A program made the position numbers and the translations under genes. This document shows, in pieces, positions 36,080 through 46,800 of a stretch of 64,000 nucleotides of DNA. The first letter of the stretch is position 1. Every line of letters starts with the position of its first letter. Below the pieces are notes generated by a model that saw nothing but the letters and a program-made list of their open reading frames with translations, did no database searches and was not told where the DNA came from. The stretch comes from Candidatus Coprovivens sp. (GTDB lineage: Bacteria; Bacillota_I; Bacilli_A; RF39; UBA660): positions 32,001-96,000 of the forward strand of contig JBJFGS010000038.1 of assembly GCA_051892935.1 (NCBI GenBank), in the 5' to 3' direction.

Positions 36080-38404
36080 TTACTCTACATCTATATCTTC
36101 TTCAACTTCAGATACATTAATATCATTATATTTACTACCATCCCATAGTGAAACTATAAAATCATCACCATTCTTCTTAATAGTAAATGCCGGATTATCA
36201 GTACCATAATAACTATAATTACCAACAGTAACAACCTTTTTACTTAATACATTTCCTTCATAATCATAAATAGTTAATTCCTTACTACTATTTACTCCAG
36301 CAAAATAATTATCATACAATTCTACATAACTATAGCTATCACTAATAGCTTTATCTCCATTCTTATCATATACATAGTACTTACCATTATCCAATATTTT
36401 AAAATACGTTTTATTAGAATTATAACCTCTTACTTTATTAGTAAAACCAACAGATTCACTACCATGATACAATACTCGCCAATGACTAGAGGTATCTAAC
36501 GCTAAATAATAGTCACCCAGTTTTTCTATTGAATTATACTCAAAAGAATGAAGTTTACTTACACTCGAACCATCAAAAGATATAACACCATACTTACCAG
36601 ACTTTGTTTGAACAATAGCTTCTAAATTTCCATTATAATGTGTAACCTTATTATCATTATTAGGACTCATAGTATTAACTTTCAAATAAGTTACTTCTGT
36701 ATTCTTGTCAACCAAATTATATAAATTTATAGTATTATTTCCATCTTTAATAAACACATATTGATTATTGATAATAGGTATTCTACTCTTTCTTTTTAAA
36801 TCAAGAGCAGATATCATATCATTATCTTCCATAATCGTATCAACAGCTACAAAACAAGAAGTATATTCATCATCACTCTTAGTTATACTATTTTCATTAT
36901 TACAACTATAAACTCCTATTAACTCTTTCTTAGAAGAATCACTATAAAAATATAACTTTTTATCAAAATAATTAACATAATCATATTTATTATTAGCTAA
37001 AGCTTCAACTATACTTAAATGATAATAAGTTGACTCATCACCTTTTGAAGGATAAACTACCACTTCAATATTATCACTTTTTATATTAAGTTCAAAACTT
37101 ACTTTAGTACTAGTTAATTGATCATTTTCATCATAAACATAAGTTTTTACATAATTACTATTATATAACTTAATACCACTTTCTGTATATTTAGTACCAT
37201 TAACATCCTTAATAAATAATTTCTTACTATCAATTAAAACAACATACTTATTAAGTATCGTAATAAATTCAAAACCAGTATCAACTAAATTTCCTTTATA
37301 ATCATAAACACTATAATCATCACCAACTAAAGTTACTACATAATTATCATTATAATTCTTAATTTTTAATTTAGAATCATAATAACTACTTAACACTTTA
37401 TTACTCTTGCTAATAACAGCATAACCTTTTTTACTTTTAGCAATAAGATTATTTTCTCCCTCAATCATTCCCAAATAAGAATATTGTGGCTTAATTACTT
37501 CCTTAATATCACCACTAATTTGAATCAAGCCATACTGTTCATCTTTATTCTTAACAATAACATAATTATCATTATATGCTTTAACATCTAAATATCTAGC
37601 AATCTCCTTATTTTCTTTTATAGAATATAAAACTATCTCATTACTATTTTCATCTTTATTATCAAAAACAAAAACATAATTTTCATCATAAATAGGTAAT
37701 CTTTGACTCTTCGAACTTCCATCTGCAGCTTCTAATTTTACTATATCAAAGTCATCTCTATTTAAATTAGTATCAACATAACAAAGCTTATCATCCTTAT
37801 TAGTACATTCATAACTACCTAATTCAGAATCATCATCTTTAAGAAAATAAAGTTTCCCATCCTTATAATAAAAATTATCCACTACTACAGGAATTTCTTC
37901 TTCCACTACATTATTACCATCATCAACAGGTTTTTCTTCTTTACTAGTTAACATTAATATTAAAAATACTATTAATGCAATCAATAATAATAATCCAACA
38001 ATAACACCAACAATAATAAGATTCTTTTTCTTCTTAGGTAATTGCCTCCATTTAACAATCAATTTACCAGTCAAACCATCATCCTCAGTTATTTCATCAT
38101 CTTCGTCATCTACTTTTGAACTTTTTTTATTTAATTCCTTACTATCTTTAGGAACTTCAGCACCTTCTACATTTTCTTGTGATAATAATTCCTCTGCTAA
38201 TGCAATATTTTTTTCAGCTAGTGCTTCTTCAGCGATTTCTTCTTGTTCTTTAGCTTCTTCTTCTATTAATATATCTTCGTATTTTTCACTTCTAGTAACT
38301 TCTTGATTGACTTTATCATATCTATTTGAACGACTATCAGCTAAATCACTCAATATTTTAATTGGCTTAGTAGTTTCCAAATCTTTTTTATTCATATCAT
38401 TCAC
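36080..38404 (-). CDS. Membrane-anchored protein with an acidic cytoplasmic N-terminus and beta-repeat (WG-like) ectodomain
   Basis: Single TM near aa 130-152; repeated K/QYG(L/V)I and Y.VYD..G units. Confidence 0.6.
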   Translation of the reverse strand: MNDMNKKDLETTKPIKILSDLADSRSNRYDKVNQEVTRSEKYEDILIEEEAKEQEEIAEEALAEKNIALAEELLSQENVEGAEVPKDSKELNKKSSKVDDEDDEITEDDGLTGKLIVKWRQLPKKKKNLIIVGVIVGLLLLIALIVFLILMLTSKEEKPVDDGNNVVEEEIPVVVDNFYYKDGKLYFLKDDDSELGSYECTNKDDKLCYVDTNLNRDDFDIVKLEAADGSSKSQRLPIYDENYVFVFDNKDENSNEIVLYSIKENKEIARYLDVKAYNDNYVIVKNKDEQYGLIQISGDIKEVIKPQYSYLGMIEGENNLIAKSKKGYAVISKSNKVLSSYYDSKLKIKNYNDNYVVTLVGDDYSVYDYKGNLVDTGFEFITILNKYVVLIDSKKLFIKDVNGTKYTESGIKLYNSNYVKTYVYDENDQLTSTKVSFELNIKSDNIEVVVYPSKGDESTYYHLSIVEALANNKYDYVNYFDKKLYFYSDSSKKELIGVYSCNNENSITKSDDEYTSCFVAVDTIMEDNDMISALDLKRKSRIPIINNQYVFIKDGNNTINLYNLVDKNTEVTYLKVNTMSPNNDNKVTHYNGNLEAIVQTKSGKYGVISFDGSSVSKLHSFEYNSIEKLGDYYLALDTSSHWRVLYHGSESVGFTNKVRGYNSNKTYFKILDNGKYYVYDKNGDKAISDSYSYVELYDNYFAGVNSSKELTIYDYEGNVLSKKVVTVGNYSYYGTDNPAFTIKKNGDDFIVSLWDGSKYNDINVSEVEEDIDVE

Positions 38405-38499
38405 CTTTCTAGATTAACTAAATTATATCATACTTTTATATATACAAATAAAAAAAGATAATTTATTATTATCTTTCAATTAATTACTTCTTCACCTAT

Positions 38500-39582
38500 C
38501 TATAATATCTTAATCAATATCTCATTCATCACATAAATATAATCAGGATTTATATAAATATATTCTCCATCAACAATTAACTCTTTTTCTTTAAGTAAAG
38601 AAGATAAATCAAATACTTCTTGCATATTAACTTCGTACTTCTTATAAAATTCTCTTAAATTAATACCTTTCATCTTTCTAAAACCTAACATAAGTTCATT
38701 ATACATTTTATCATCTTTACTCAGTATCTCTTCACTCTTTAAATACTCTCCCTTAAAATACTTTGTAATACTTCTTGTATTTTCATATCTAACTCCATGA
38801 ATATACCCAGAAGCACCTAACCCAAATCCATAGTATTCTTCATTATTCCAATAAGTTAAATTATGTTTACTCATTTTACCTTCTTTAGCAAAATTAGATA
38901 CTTCATAATGTTCATAACCATTATCATCTAATACATTACATATTTCTTCATACATTGAAGCATCTAACTCTTCCGGAATAGGAATAACCCCAGCATTTCC
39001 AACTTTAGTATTATCTTCAACAATCAAAGAATAAGTACTTATGTGATCAGGATTTAATTTTAAAATTAAATCCAAGTCTTTCTTTAAATCTTTTAAACTT
39101 TCACCAGGTATTCCATACATCAAATCTAAATTAATATTATTAAATCCATACAAACGTGCTAATTTAATTACTTCTTGAGCTTGTGTAAAAGTATGATTTC
39201 TTTCCATAAATTCGAGCTTATCCTGATTAAAAGATTCTACTCCTATACTTAACCTATTAACCCCATTTGATTTTAATATATCAAGTAATTCTTCATTAAT
39301 ATCATTTAAATTACACTCAAACGAAAATTCATAATCAGAAGCTAATTTAAACTTACTAATAATTTCAAACAAATACTTTAAATCTTTGGTACTTAAAGAA
39401 GAAGGTGTACCTCCCCCAATATAAATAGTTTTAATCTCTTCATCCATATACTTATCTTGAATTTCAAGCAACAAAGCATTTAAATATTGTGTAACCCAAG
39501 GACCATGTAACAATACCTTACAAAAATCACAATAACTACAAATACTTTTACAAAAAGGAATATGTATATAAACACTCTCCAT
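38500..39582 (-). CDS. hemW: Radical SAM heme chaperone HemW (HemN-like)
   Basis: YIHIPFCKSICSYCDF, GGGTPS, YEVSNFA, HNLTYW. Confidence 0.93.
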   Translation of the reverse strand: MESVYIHIPFCKSICSYCDFCKVLLHGPWVTQYLNALLLEIQDKYMDEEIKTIYIGGGTPSSLSTKDLKYLFEIISKFKLASDYEFSFECNLNDINEELLDILKSNGVNRLSIGVESFNQDKLEFMERNHTFTQAQEVIKLARLYGFNNINLDLMYGIPGESLKDLKKDLDLILKLNPDHISTYSLIVEDNTKVGNAGVIPIPEELDASMYEEICNVLDDNGYEHYEVSNFAKEGKMSKHNLTYWNNEEYYGFGLGASGYIHGVRYENTRSITKYFKGEYLKSEEILSKDDKMYNELMLGFRKMKGINLREFYKKYEVNMQEVFDLSSLLKEKELIVDGEYIYINPDYIYVMNEILIKIL

Positions 39583-39635
39583 ATAATCACTACCTTACAA
39601 ATCTAATTATATCAATATTAAATATCAAAATATAC

Positions 39636-41171
39636 TTAATTGACTTCAACTATACAATCAATATTTATTCCATTTTTCAAAACAATATCTTTTAATTTAT
39701 TTTCAATATCAACTCTTAATTCATCAGTATATCCCTTATTAGCTTCTATACACTCCTTATAATAATAAATCTTTTTCTTATCATATTCATCTTTTTTAAT
39801 TAAATATTCATCACAATAATAATAAAATAGCTCCATTGTAGCCATCAAAACACCATTAGAACTAGCTAATTCTAAATAATTAATATATTTATTTAAATCT
39901 CTATTAATAGTGTCATAACCATTTTTATAAAAATAAATAGCTAAATTATAATAAGCATAATAACATACAACACGGCAATTACTATCTAAAGATCTATTAT
40001 AATAATAATATGCTTTTTTCATATCCCTATTAATTACTCTATAGTATTCTCCCATTTTATTACAAGCCCAGCTTTCTCCTAAATCAGCAGACATCTTATA
40101 ATAATCATAAGCTTCCTTTAATAAACCCTGTTCTTCTTTTATTTTCCCCATATTATTCATTGCATAAGCATAATTATTATCTAAAGCAATTTTATAATAC
40201 TCTATAGCTTTATCAATATTTTTTTCTAATGGATAAATTCCTTCATAATACATATTTCCAATTAAATTAGAAGCCGCAACATTGCCTAATTGAAAAGACT
40301 TTTCTAAATATTTATAGCCTTTCTCTAATTCTTCTTTACTACCACTTCCTAATAACTTTCTAATATACATATTTCCAATCATATAATTAGCACTTGCATG
40401 ATCTAAAGAAGCAGCTCTATCTAAATAAGAAAAAGCAACACTATATCTAGGATATCCCGCAAAAAAGCCGTAATACTCATTACTACCAATTTCAAAATTA
40501 GCATAAGCATTTCCTTTATCAGCTAATTTCTTCATAGAATAATCATAATTGATACCTTCTCTTAATTTCAAAGATAAATATTCTTGTAAATCAATAGAAC
40601 TAATACTAGTATCATTCAAAACATTTTCAAATACTTCTACTTTCAATTCATCTTCATAAACAGGCTGTTTCTTATATAAAACAATAAATAACAATTCCTC
40701 AACTAAACACTCATATATACTATTATTATTAATTAATATATATAATTTATTAGAAAACTCCTTTAATATTTGTTTATCATTTTTCGCTAAATTATATAAC
40801 TTACTAGCAATACTTTTAGCACTATCATTATTATTAATAAAATTTATCTTATCATTAATAGAAGTATATACAATACCATCCACTATACTAAGTAATCCTA
40901 TTATGTTACCTGCAAACTCTAAATCATTTTTATTATATCGTTTTTCTTTGTTTAAAAATATTTGTTTATATTCAGAACCTATACTCCTACAACCAACACA
41001 ATAATTATTAACTGTAGTATCATTAATACTCTCTAAATCAAACAAAATACAAAATAATTCACTTTGTAAAGCAGAAGTTTTATTCTTAGAACTATCTTTA
41101 ATAATTCTAAATAAATTCCCTAAACTTAAATGTTCATCATTATTATTCATCTTTATATAATTTTTCTTCAT
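39636..41171 (-). CDS. Sel1-like repeat protein with a possible N-terminal XRE-like HTH
   Basis: Repeats such as ASNLIGNMYYEG...KAIEYY and ACNKMGEYY; N-terminal QSEL...TTVNNY..G.R. Confidence 0.7.
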   Translation of the reverse strand: MKKNYIKMNNNDEHLSLGNLFRIIKDSSKNKTSALQSELFCILFDLESINDTTVNNYCVGCRSIGSEYKQIFLNKEKRYNKNDLEFAGNIIGLLSIVDGIVYTSINDKINFINNNDSAKSIASKLYNLAKNDKQILKEFSNKLYILINNNSIYECLVEELLFIVLYKKQPVYEDELKVEVFENVLNDTSISSIDLQEYLSLKLREGINYDYSMKKLADKGNAYANFEIGSNEYYGFFAGYPRYSVAFSYLDRAASLDHASANYMIGNMYIRKLLGSGSKEELEKGYKYLEKSFQLGNVAASNLIGNMYYEGIYPLEKNIDKAIEYYKIALDNNYAYAMNNMGKIKEEQGLLKEAYDYYKMSADLGESWACNKMGEYYRVINRDMKKAYYYYNRSLDSNCRVVCYYAYYNLAIYFYKNGYDTINRDLNKYINYLELASSNGVLMATMELFYYYCDEYLIKKDEYDKKKIYYYKECIEANKGYTDELRVDIENKLKDIVLKNGINIDCIVEVN

Positions 41172-41291
41172 AAAATCACCACTTAATAATATTATATGTG
41201 GATTATACTCATATGTAAATCAACAAGTGTGGATTATTGTCGCTTTATATTTACACAAATTAAGAATAATATTTTATTAAGGAGGCAGACT

Positions 41292-42572
41292 ATGAAAAAA
41301 ATTTGGTCTAATTATAAACAGACAATAATCCTTCTAATAGCTCTAATAATAGGAGCCATAGTTGGATTAGTATATGGCGAAAAAACCGCTATATTAAGTC
41401 CATTCGGTGACTTATTTATGAACTTAATGTTCGTAATCATTGTTCCATTAATATTCTTGACAATAACAACATCAATTGCCAAAATAAAACAACCTAAAAG
41501 ATTAGGTAAAGTAATAACTACTATATTTGGAGTATTTATAATAACTACTCTAGTATCAGTAATTATTGGATTAGTAACTACCTTTACTTTTGAATTAGTA
41601 AATACCGAAGATTCAAAAGCAATAGTAGAAACACTATCTACAAGTGAAGAAGCAGAAAAAGTAGAACTAAATATATTAGAAAGAACAGTCCAAGCAATTA
41701 GTACCGGTGACTTCGTAAACATCCTTTCGAAAGATAACATAATTCCACTAGTAATCATTTCTATTCTAGTTGGATTAGCAATATCAAAAATTGGAACCGA
41801 AGCTGAACCAGTATTAAAAGTATTAGAATCAGCTAACAAAGTTGTTCTAAAATTAGTAGATTTTATCTTCTTATATGCTCCAATTGGATTAGGATGCTAC
41901 TTTGCATCATTAATAGGAACATTTGGAGCTAGTATTGCAACAGGATATCTAAAAACATTTATAATATATACTATTGTAGCGATATTATTCTACTTCATTA
42001 TTTATACACTATATGCATTTATTGCTGCTGGAAAAGATGGAGTTAAGACTTTTTGGAAAAATGTACTACCTGCAACAGCAACATCAATCTCAACATGTTC
42101 ATCAGCAGCATCAATACCAGTAAATATAAAATGTACTAAAGCAATTGGAGTATCTGATGATATAGCAGAAACAACTATACCATTAGGAACAAGTTTTCAT
42201 AAAGATGGATCAGTTATAGGTTCAGTATTTAAAATAATGTTCTTAGTATATCTATTCGGTGCAGATGTTACATCTATTAGCGGTATTGCCAAAGTAATTG
42301 GAGTTGCTCTAATAGCTAACTTATTAGTAACGGCTGTTCCTGTAGGTGGCGGAACAATATCAGAAATGATGATTATTACAATGATGGGCTTCCCTGCTGG
42401 AGCACTTCCTATATTAACAATAATCGCAACAATAATAGATCCACCCGCTACAATGTTAAATGTTGTAGGAGATACATCATCTTCTATGCTAGTATCAAGA
42501 ATAGTTGATGGTAAAAATTGGCTAAAAGAAAAAACAAAATTAAAAGGAACAAAAAAAACAAAAGAAGCTTAA
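41292..42572 (+). CDS. Dicarboxylate/amino acid:cation symporter (DAACS)
   Basis: STCSSAASIP, PLG...HKDG, TMLNVVGD motifs; start refined to ATG 41292 after AAGGAGG. Confidence 0.92.
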   Translation: MKKIWSNYKQTIILLIALIIGAIVGLVYGEKTAILSPFGDLFMNLMFVIIVPLIFLTITTSIAKIKQPKRLGKVITTIFGVFIITTLVSVIIGLVTTFTFELVNTEDSKAIVETLSTSEEAEKVELNILERTVQAISTGDFVNILSKDNIIPLVIISILVGLAISKIGTEAEPVLKVLESANKVVLKLVDFIFLYAPIGLGCYFASLIGTFGASIATGYLKTFIIYTIVAILFYFIIYTLYAFIAAGKDGVKTFWKNVLPATATSISTCSSAASIPVNIKCTKAIGVSDDIAETTIPLGTSFHKDGSVIGSVFKIMFLVYLFGADVTSISGIAKVIGVALIANLLVTAVPVGGGTISEMMIITMMGFPAGALPILTIIATIIDPPATMLNVVGDTSSSMLVSRIVDGKNWLKEKTKLKGTKKTKEA

Positions 42573-42584
42573 AAAAGCTTCTTT

Positions 42585-43361
42585 TTAATTTATCTTATAA
42601 CTAACTAAAACATAATTATCATTTTTCAAAACAAACTTATAAGTATACTCAACCAAACTATCCTTATATAAAGAAAATTTATTTACATCTACCATACTAG
42701 CTTTAAACAATTCATTCCTATAATTAAAAGCATCTCCATACGTTGCATAATACTTCTTTTCTCTTCCCGAAGTATCTCCTAATACCTCAGAAAAAATTTT
42801 ATTAACAACAATAGTATATATACCATCACTTTCATATCCAGAAACAAAATTATTATAAACTTCCGTTCGAAGTCCCCCACTTCCGTGACCTAAATGTTTA
42901 TCATTATTAGTATAAATTCCAGTATCTATATTATAAATCATTATATCTGAACCACTACCATCTTGAATATTATAATGTGTGTCACAAATTAAATTTTCAG
43001 GTTCCAAACTAAAATCAAAATAACTAAATGCTACCTTCTCAAGTTCATCAAATGATAATTTACCAGAAACAGTATTTCCATCTAAAGCTAAAATCTCATA
43101 AGAAAGTCTTAAGATTTCTTGATTAGTCAAATCCCTAATAACAATATCTTTATTATAGTAATCCATATATTTTATTTTTTCTATAATGCTAAGTAAATAG
43201 TCCTTTTCATTTAAAGTTAATTCTCTAGTACTAACATCATTATCGCTTATTTTTTTATCTTCTCCATCGCATCCAACTATAAATAAAAGAGAAAAAAAGA
43301 TAAGAATACCCAAAACAACCTTTTTCTTCACATCTTCACCTCTATCATTATCATTATACAT
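42585..43361 (-). CDS. Lipoprotein of unknown function
   Basis: KKKVVLG...IVGC lipobox. Confidence 0.7.
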   Translation of the reverse strand: MYNDNDRGEDVKKKVVLGILIFFSLLFIVGCDGEDKKISDNDVSTRELTLNEKDYLLSIIEKIKYMDYYNKDIVIRDLTNQEILRLSYEILALDGNTVSGKLSFDELEKVAFSYFDFSLEPENLICDTHYNIQDGSGSDIMIYNIDTGIYTNNDKHLGHGSGGLRTEVYNNFVSGYESDGIYTIVVNKIFSEVLGDTSGREKKYYATYGDAFNYRNELFKASMVDVNKFSLYKDSLVEYTYKFVLKNDNYVLVSYKIN

Positions 43362-43417
43362 TATTTAAAATAAAAACAAAAGAACTAGAATAAAGTGAAC
43401 CCTAATTCTTCTAGTTC

Positions 43418-43942
43418 TTATTTTATTCTATTATTTTCTTTTCTTAAGACTTTTACAAATCTCGCTATTTCAACATCAACTTCATCAGTAACAAATTCTT
43501 CTGTTTCAAATTGAACATTATCTGAAATAACCAAGCATTTATCAATTACATTTTTATTCAATAATAAATAAGTTTTACCATCAATTCCCTTAATATTACC
43601 ACTAATACCATTATATGAAATAACCTTATTTTCATTTATATATATCTTTATAGATTCTAAAGCTTGTTGAACTTCTTCTAAAGCTTTTTCTTTATTATTA
43701 GAATTATTCATTATATACTTTTTAATCTTACCATCACAGCAAACAGCAACATACCAATCTTCTCCTACTTTATCAATATATTTTATTCTAATTTCCTTAG
43801 GAAAAAAGCTTAAACATCTCGCTATATAGTATCCATCTTTAATTTCTTCAAGTATTGATATAGATTTTTCTAGAGAAATATTATCAACATTTTTAGCCAA
43901 AATTCTACAATTTTATCATGAAGTTTTTTCTTTATCATCCAT
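43418..43942 (-). CDS. Hypothetical protein whose 5' end appears disrupted
   Basis: ORF 43418-43900; an RBS-preceded in-frame ATG at 43942 is separated from it by TGA TAA. Confidence 0.45.
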
Positions 43943-44018
43943 AGAACCACCTATTATCTTACTATAAATAAATTATACAATTTTTTTTAATAAAAAAAAG
44001 AAATAAAAATATTTCCTT

Positions 44019-45101
44019 TTATTTAGCATTCACATAAGTTCTAAGTAAACTATAAATAATAGACACAACAGGAACCCCTAATAACATACCAAATACACCA
44101 CCAACAGAACCACCTATCATAACTGCTACTAAAACCCAAATGCTAGGTAAACCAATTTTTCCTCCAACTACTTTAGGATAAATTAAATTACCTTCTATTT
44201 GCTGTAATATCAAAAAGAACACAACGAATATTAGAGCTTTAAAAGGACTGATCATAAATATTAAAAATGCCCCAATAATACATCCAATAAATGCTCCAAA
44301 AATTGGAATTAACGCTGTAAACCCAACCATAACTCCTATAGTAGCTGCATACGGTAACCTTAACAAAAGCATACCTAATACACATAACAATCCCAATATG
44401 CAAGCTTCTAGCCCTTGTACCTTAACAAAATTAAAAAATGTTACATTAGAAAGCCTAACTATTTCCAAAGTTTTTTCATAAACCTTCTTACTACAAACTT
44501 TATTCAATAATTTTTTTAATTGCCTACATAAATTTTCTTTGTCAATTAAAACATAAATAGCAAATACTAAACCGACAAAGAAATTACATATAACAGTGAC
44601 AACAGAATTTACAAAACCAAATGAAATATTTATCAACAATTCTGAATTATCTTTGACTAAATTAGATATTTCTTCCATAAATCTATTATCTTCTAAATCA
44701 ATAATAGCAAGTTGTTCTTCAGAAAGACCAATCTTCTCACCTAATCTAACCACATTTTCTTGATATTCTGGAATATTATCTACAAATATCATACCCGCAT
44801 TTTTTAATTGCGGAATCAAAATAAACAATAAAATTATAATAAAGCCAAACACAGCCACCAAAGATAAAACAACACTAATAGGTCTTTTTCCTTTTTTTAC
44901 TTTCACTAATAACTTTTCTTCTATTTCTTTCATAATTACATTAAGTATAAAAGCAATAATAGCACCGATAATAAAAGGAAGTAATATTTTACCAAGTAAA
45001 CTTAAAAAACCTATAACCCATTGGTAATTCATAAGTAAAACAAATAAAACAACAGCATAAGTTATAAGAACTATTTTATTTTTAAATTCATCATTTCTCA
45101 T
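44019..45101 (-). CDS. AI-2E family transporter
   Basis: ALIPIFGAFIG, LQQIEGNLIYPKVVG, GMLLGVP. Confidence 0.92.
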   Translation of the reverse strand: MRNDEFKNKIVLITYAVVLFVLLMNYQWVIGFLSLLGKILLPFIIGAIIAFILNVIMKEIEEKLLVKVKKGKRPISVVLSLVAVFGFIIILLFILIPQLKNAGMIFVDNIPEYQENVVRLGEKIGLSEEQLAIIDLEDNRFMEEISNLVKDNSELLINISFGFVNSVVTVICNFFVGLVFAIYVLIDKENLCRQLKKLLNKVCSKKVYEKTLEIVRLSNVTFFNFVKVQGLEACILGLLCVLGMLLLRLPYAATIGVMVGFTALIPIFGAFIGCIIGAFLIFMISPFKALIFVVFFLILQQIEGNLIYPKVVGGKIGLPSIWVLVAVMIGGSVGGVFGMLLGVPVVSIIYSLLRTYVNAK

Positions 45102-45130
45102 ATATCCATCTCCTAAATAATTATATCATA

Positions 45131-45817
45131 TTAATTAGATATATTTAAAATATTATCCAAAAACTTCTTTATACATTTAATTTTCAAAATAAAATAAAAA
45201 ATCATACTCCCTAGAATATTTAAAATATAGTCATCAACATCAAAAGAACCAATTAAAGCTAGAAACTGTATCATTTCAATAATCAATATTATTATACTAA
45301 CACTAATAAAATAATTGTACCATTTTTCATCAGTAGACTTAAAAATTCTAGGTAAGAATAAAGCAAAAGGACAAAAAGCTAACACATTACCAAAAATATT
45401 GTAAATAAAATCACCAACAGCTAAATTACCATTTCTCAAAGCTAGCAAATAATTATTTATCGTAGAAAAAGGAATAATATTAAAAGAACTCTTAAAATAT
45501 TCTTCAAAATAATTCAAATTAATTAAATATATAGATACACCTTCCCTACCAAAATATTTATCAAATAAAGTTAAATTAAGCAACATAATAATATACAATA
45601 CAAACCAAATAAGAAAATTTAATTTATAAATTTTTTTATAATTAATAAATTTACTTCCAATATACGTAAAAATAACTATAAAAAGCAAAACAACAACTCT
45701 AATAATTGGTGAAGTTAAACTTAAAACCGAAAATTCAAAAATAAAATAAATAACAAGTAACACCAAAGAAATAACATAACTAATAATTCCTAGTATTATA
45801 TTTGTTCTATTCTTCAT
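45131..45817 (-). CDS. VanZ-like family membrane protein
   Basis: NIIPFSTI, NIFGNVLAFCPF, IEMIQ...GSFDVDDYILNILG. Confidence 0.88.
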   Translation of the reverse strand: MKNRTNIILGIISYVISLVLLVIYFIFEFSVLSLTSPIIRVVVLLFIVIFTYIGSKFINYKKIYKLNFLIWFVLYIIMLLNLTLFDKYFGREGVSIYLINLNYFEEYFKSSFNIIPFSTINNYLLALRNGNLAVGDFIYNIFGNVLAFCPFALFLPRIFKSTDEKWYNYFISVSIIILIIEMIQFLALIGSFDVDDYILNILGSMIFYFILKIKCIKKFLDNILNISN

Positions 45818-45871
45818 AATATCACCATATTCTCTAAACATTATATCAAACAACAATAGTTATTAAAACAT

Positions 45872-45908
45872 AAAAAAAGCACAAAGGCTGTCACCAAAGT
45901 GCTTTTTT
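45872..45908 (-). terminator. Intrinsic terminator of the ncRNA
   Basis: aaaaaagcac...gtgcttttttt stem followed by U7. Confidence 0.8.
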
Positions 45909-46362
45909 GTGAAGACCACACTATCTCGACTAAGCTGACAGGCTATGCGATAATAGCGCTCATTGAATTAAAAAACTAATCTCCACTGTACGTACTACTT
46001 AATAGCTCAATGATTAAATCGTAGAAGTTTTAAATATGATATATCTTGAAAGAATACCACTAAGTGAACATAAGTAACAAATAGTTAACTCAAACAAGAT
46101 ATATCAAAACTACTAACAAATCAAAACTGCCGAACACATTCCAAATTTCTTATTCTAAGCGCATCATACAAAGATATCTTTCAATCATTGTATTAGCAAT
46201 AATCCTATTGATCATTTTATTCAAATAACCAATAGAACTAAATAGAAAAGAAAAATTAAATATATTCACAGTAGCTCACTTACCAGCGTACTAATAAGTA
46301 AACTCCTAAACAATAAAGATAAGAAGTTGCCATATTTAGCTTCCACACTTTACTATTAAGTA
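45872..46362 (-). ncRNA. Candidate large structured ncRNA (~490 nt), family unassigned
   Basis: ORF-free; bounded by a consensus promoter and a terminator; multiple long helices containing G-U pairs; 5' end pairs with 45996-46005. Confidence 0.8.
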
Positions 46363-46367
46363 ACTTT

Positions 46368-46396
46368 ATTATATAACTAATAATATTATATGTCAA
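46368..46396 (-). promoter_or_regulatory. Perfect SigA promoter driving the ncRNA
   Basis: TTGACA (46396-46391), 17 bp, TATAAT (46373-46368). Confidence 0.88.
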
Positions 46397-46403
46397 TTAC
46401 TTT

Positions 46404-46715
46404 TTAAAGTTTTTCTATTTCTTCCTCTCTTATTCTTTTCAATCTTTCTTTTACTAATAATATCAATTCAGTACTTGCATTAACTTTAGGTAAAACTATC
46501 AAACTATCTTGTAATTTAGTTTTCAATTCTCTATCACACATAACCCTATTAGCTTCCTCTTTATAATTAAAGTTTTTTATCGAATTTTGTTTTACAAAAC
46601 TTCTTATATATTCTTCTATATCCTTTAAAACATACTCTTTTAAATCGTATTCATCCATTTCACTTATTCCATAATAAGCTCCTACTAAATACCTAAAAGT
46701 ATCATCTAAAACCAT
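46404..46715 (-). CDS. Hypothetical protein (103 aa)
   Basis: ORF with ATG and a GGATGTGAT RBS-like sequence; no motif recognised. Confidence 0.65.
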   Translation of the reverse strand: MVLDDTFRYLVGAYYGISEMDEYDLKEYVLKDIEEYIRSFVKQNSIKNFNYKEEANRVMCDRELKTKLQDSLIVLPKVNASTELILLVKERLKRIREEEIEKL

Positions 46716-46800
46716 TTAAATCACATCCAATATTATGATTATAACACATTAATATTTTTTTAATAAATATCTCTCCAAAAAACATGATATACTATTACTG

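Noticed and set aside
45872-46362. Identifying the RNA as tmRNA, RNase P, SRP, 6S or a group II intron
   Set aside because: No GGGG 5' end or TCCACCA 3' end, no GAGGAAAGTCC, no SRP GGAA/AGCAG loop, too long for 6S, and no domain V motif
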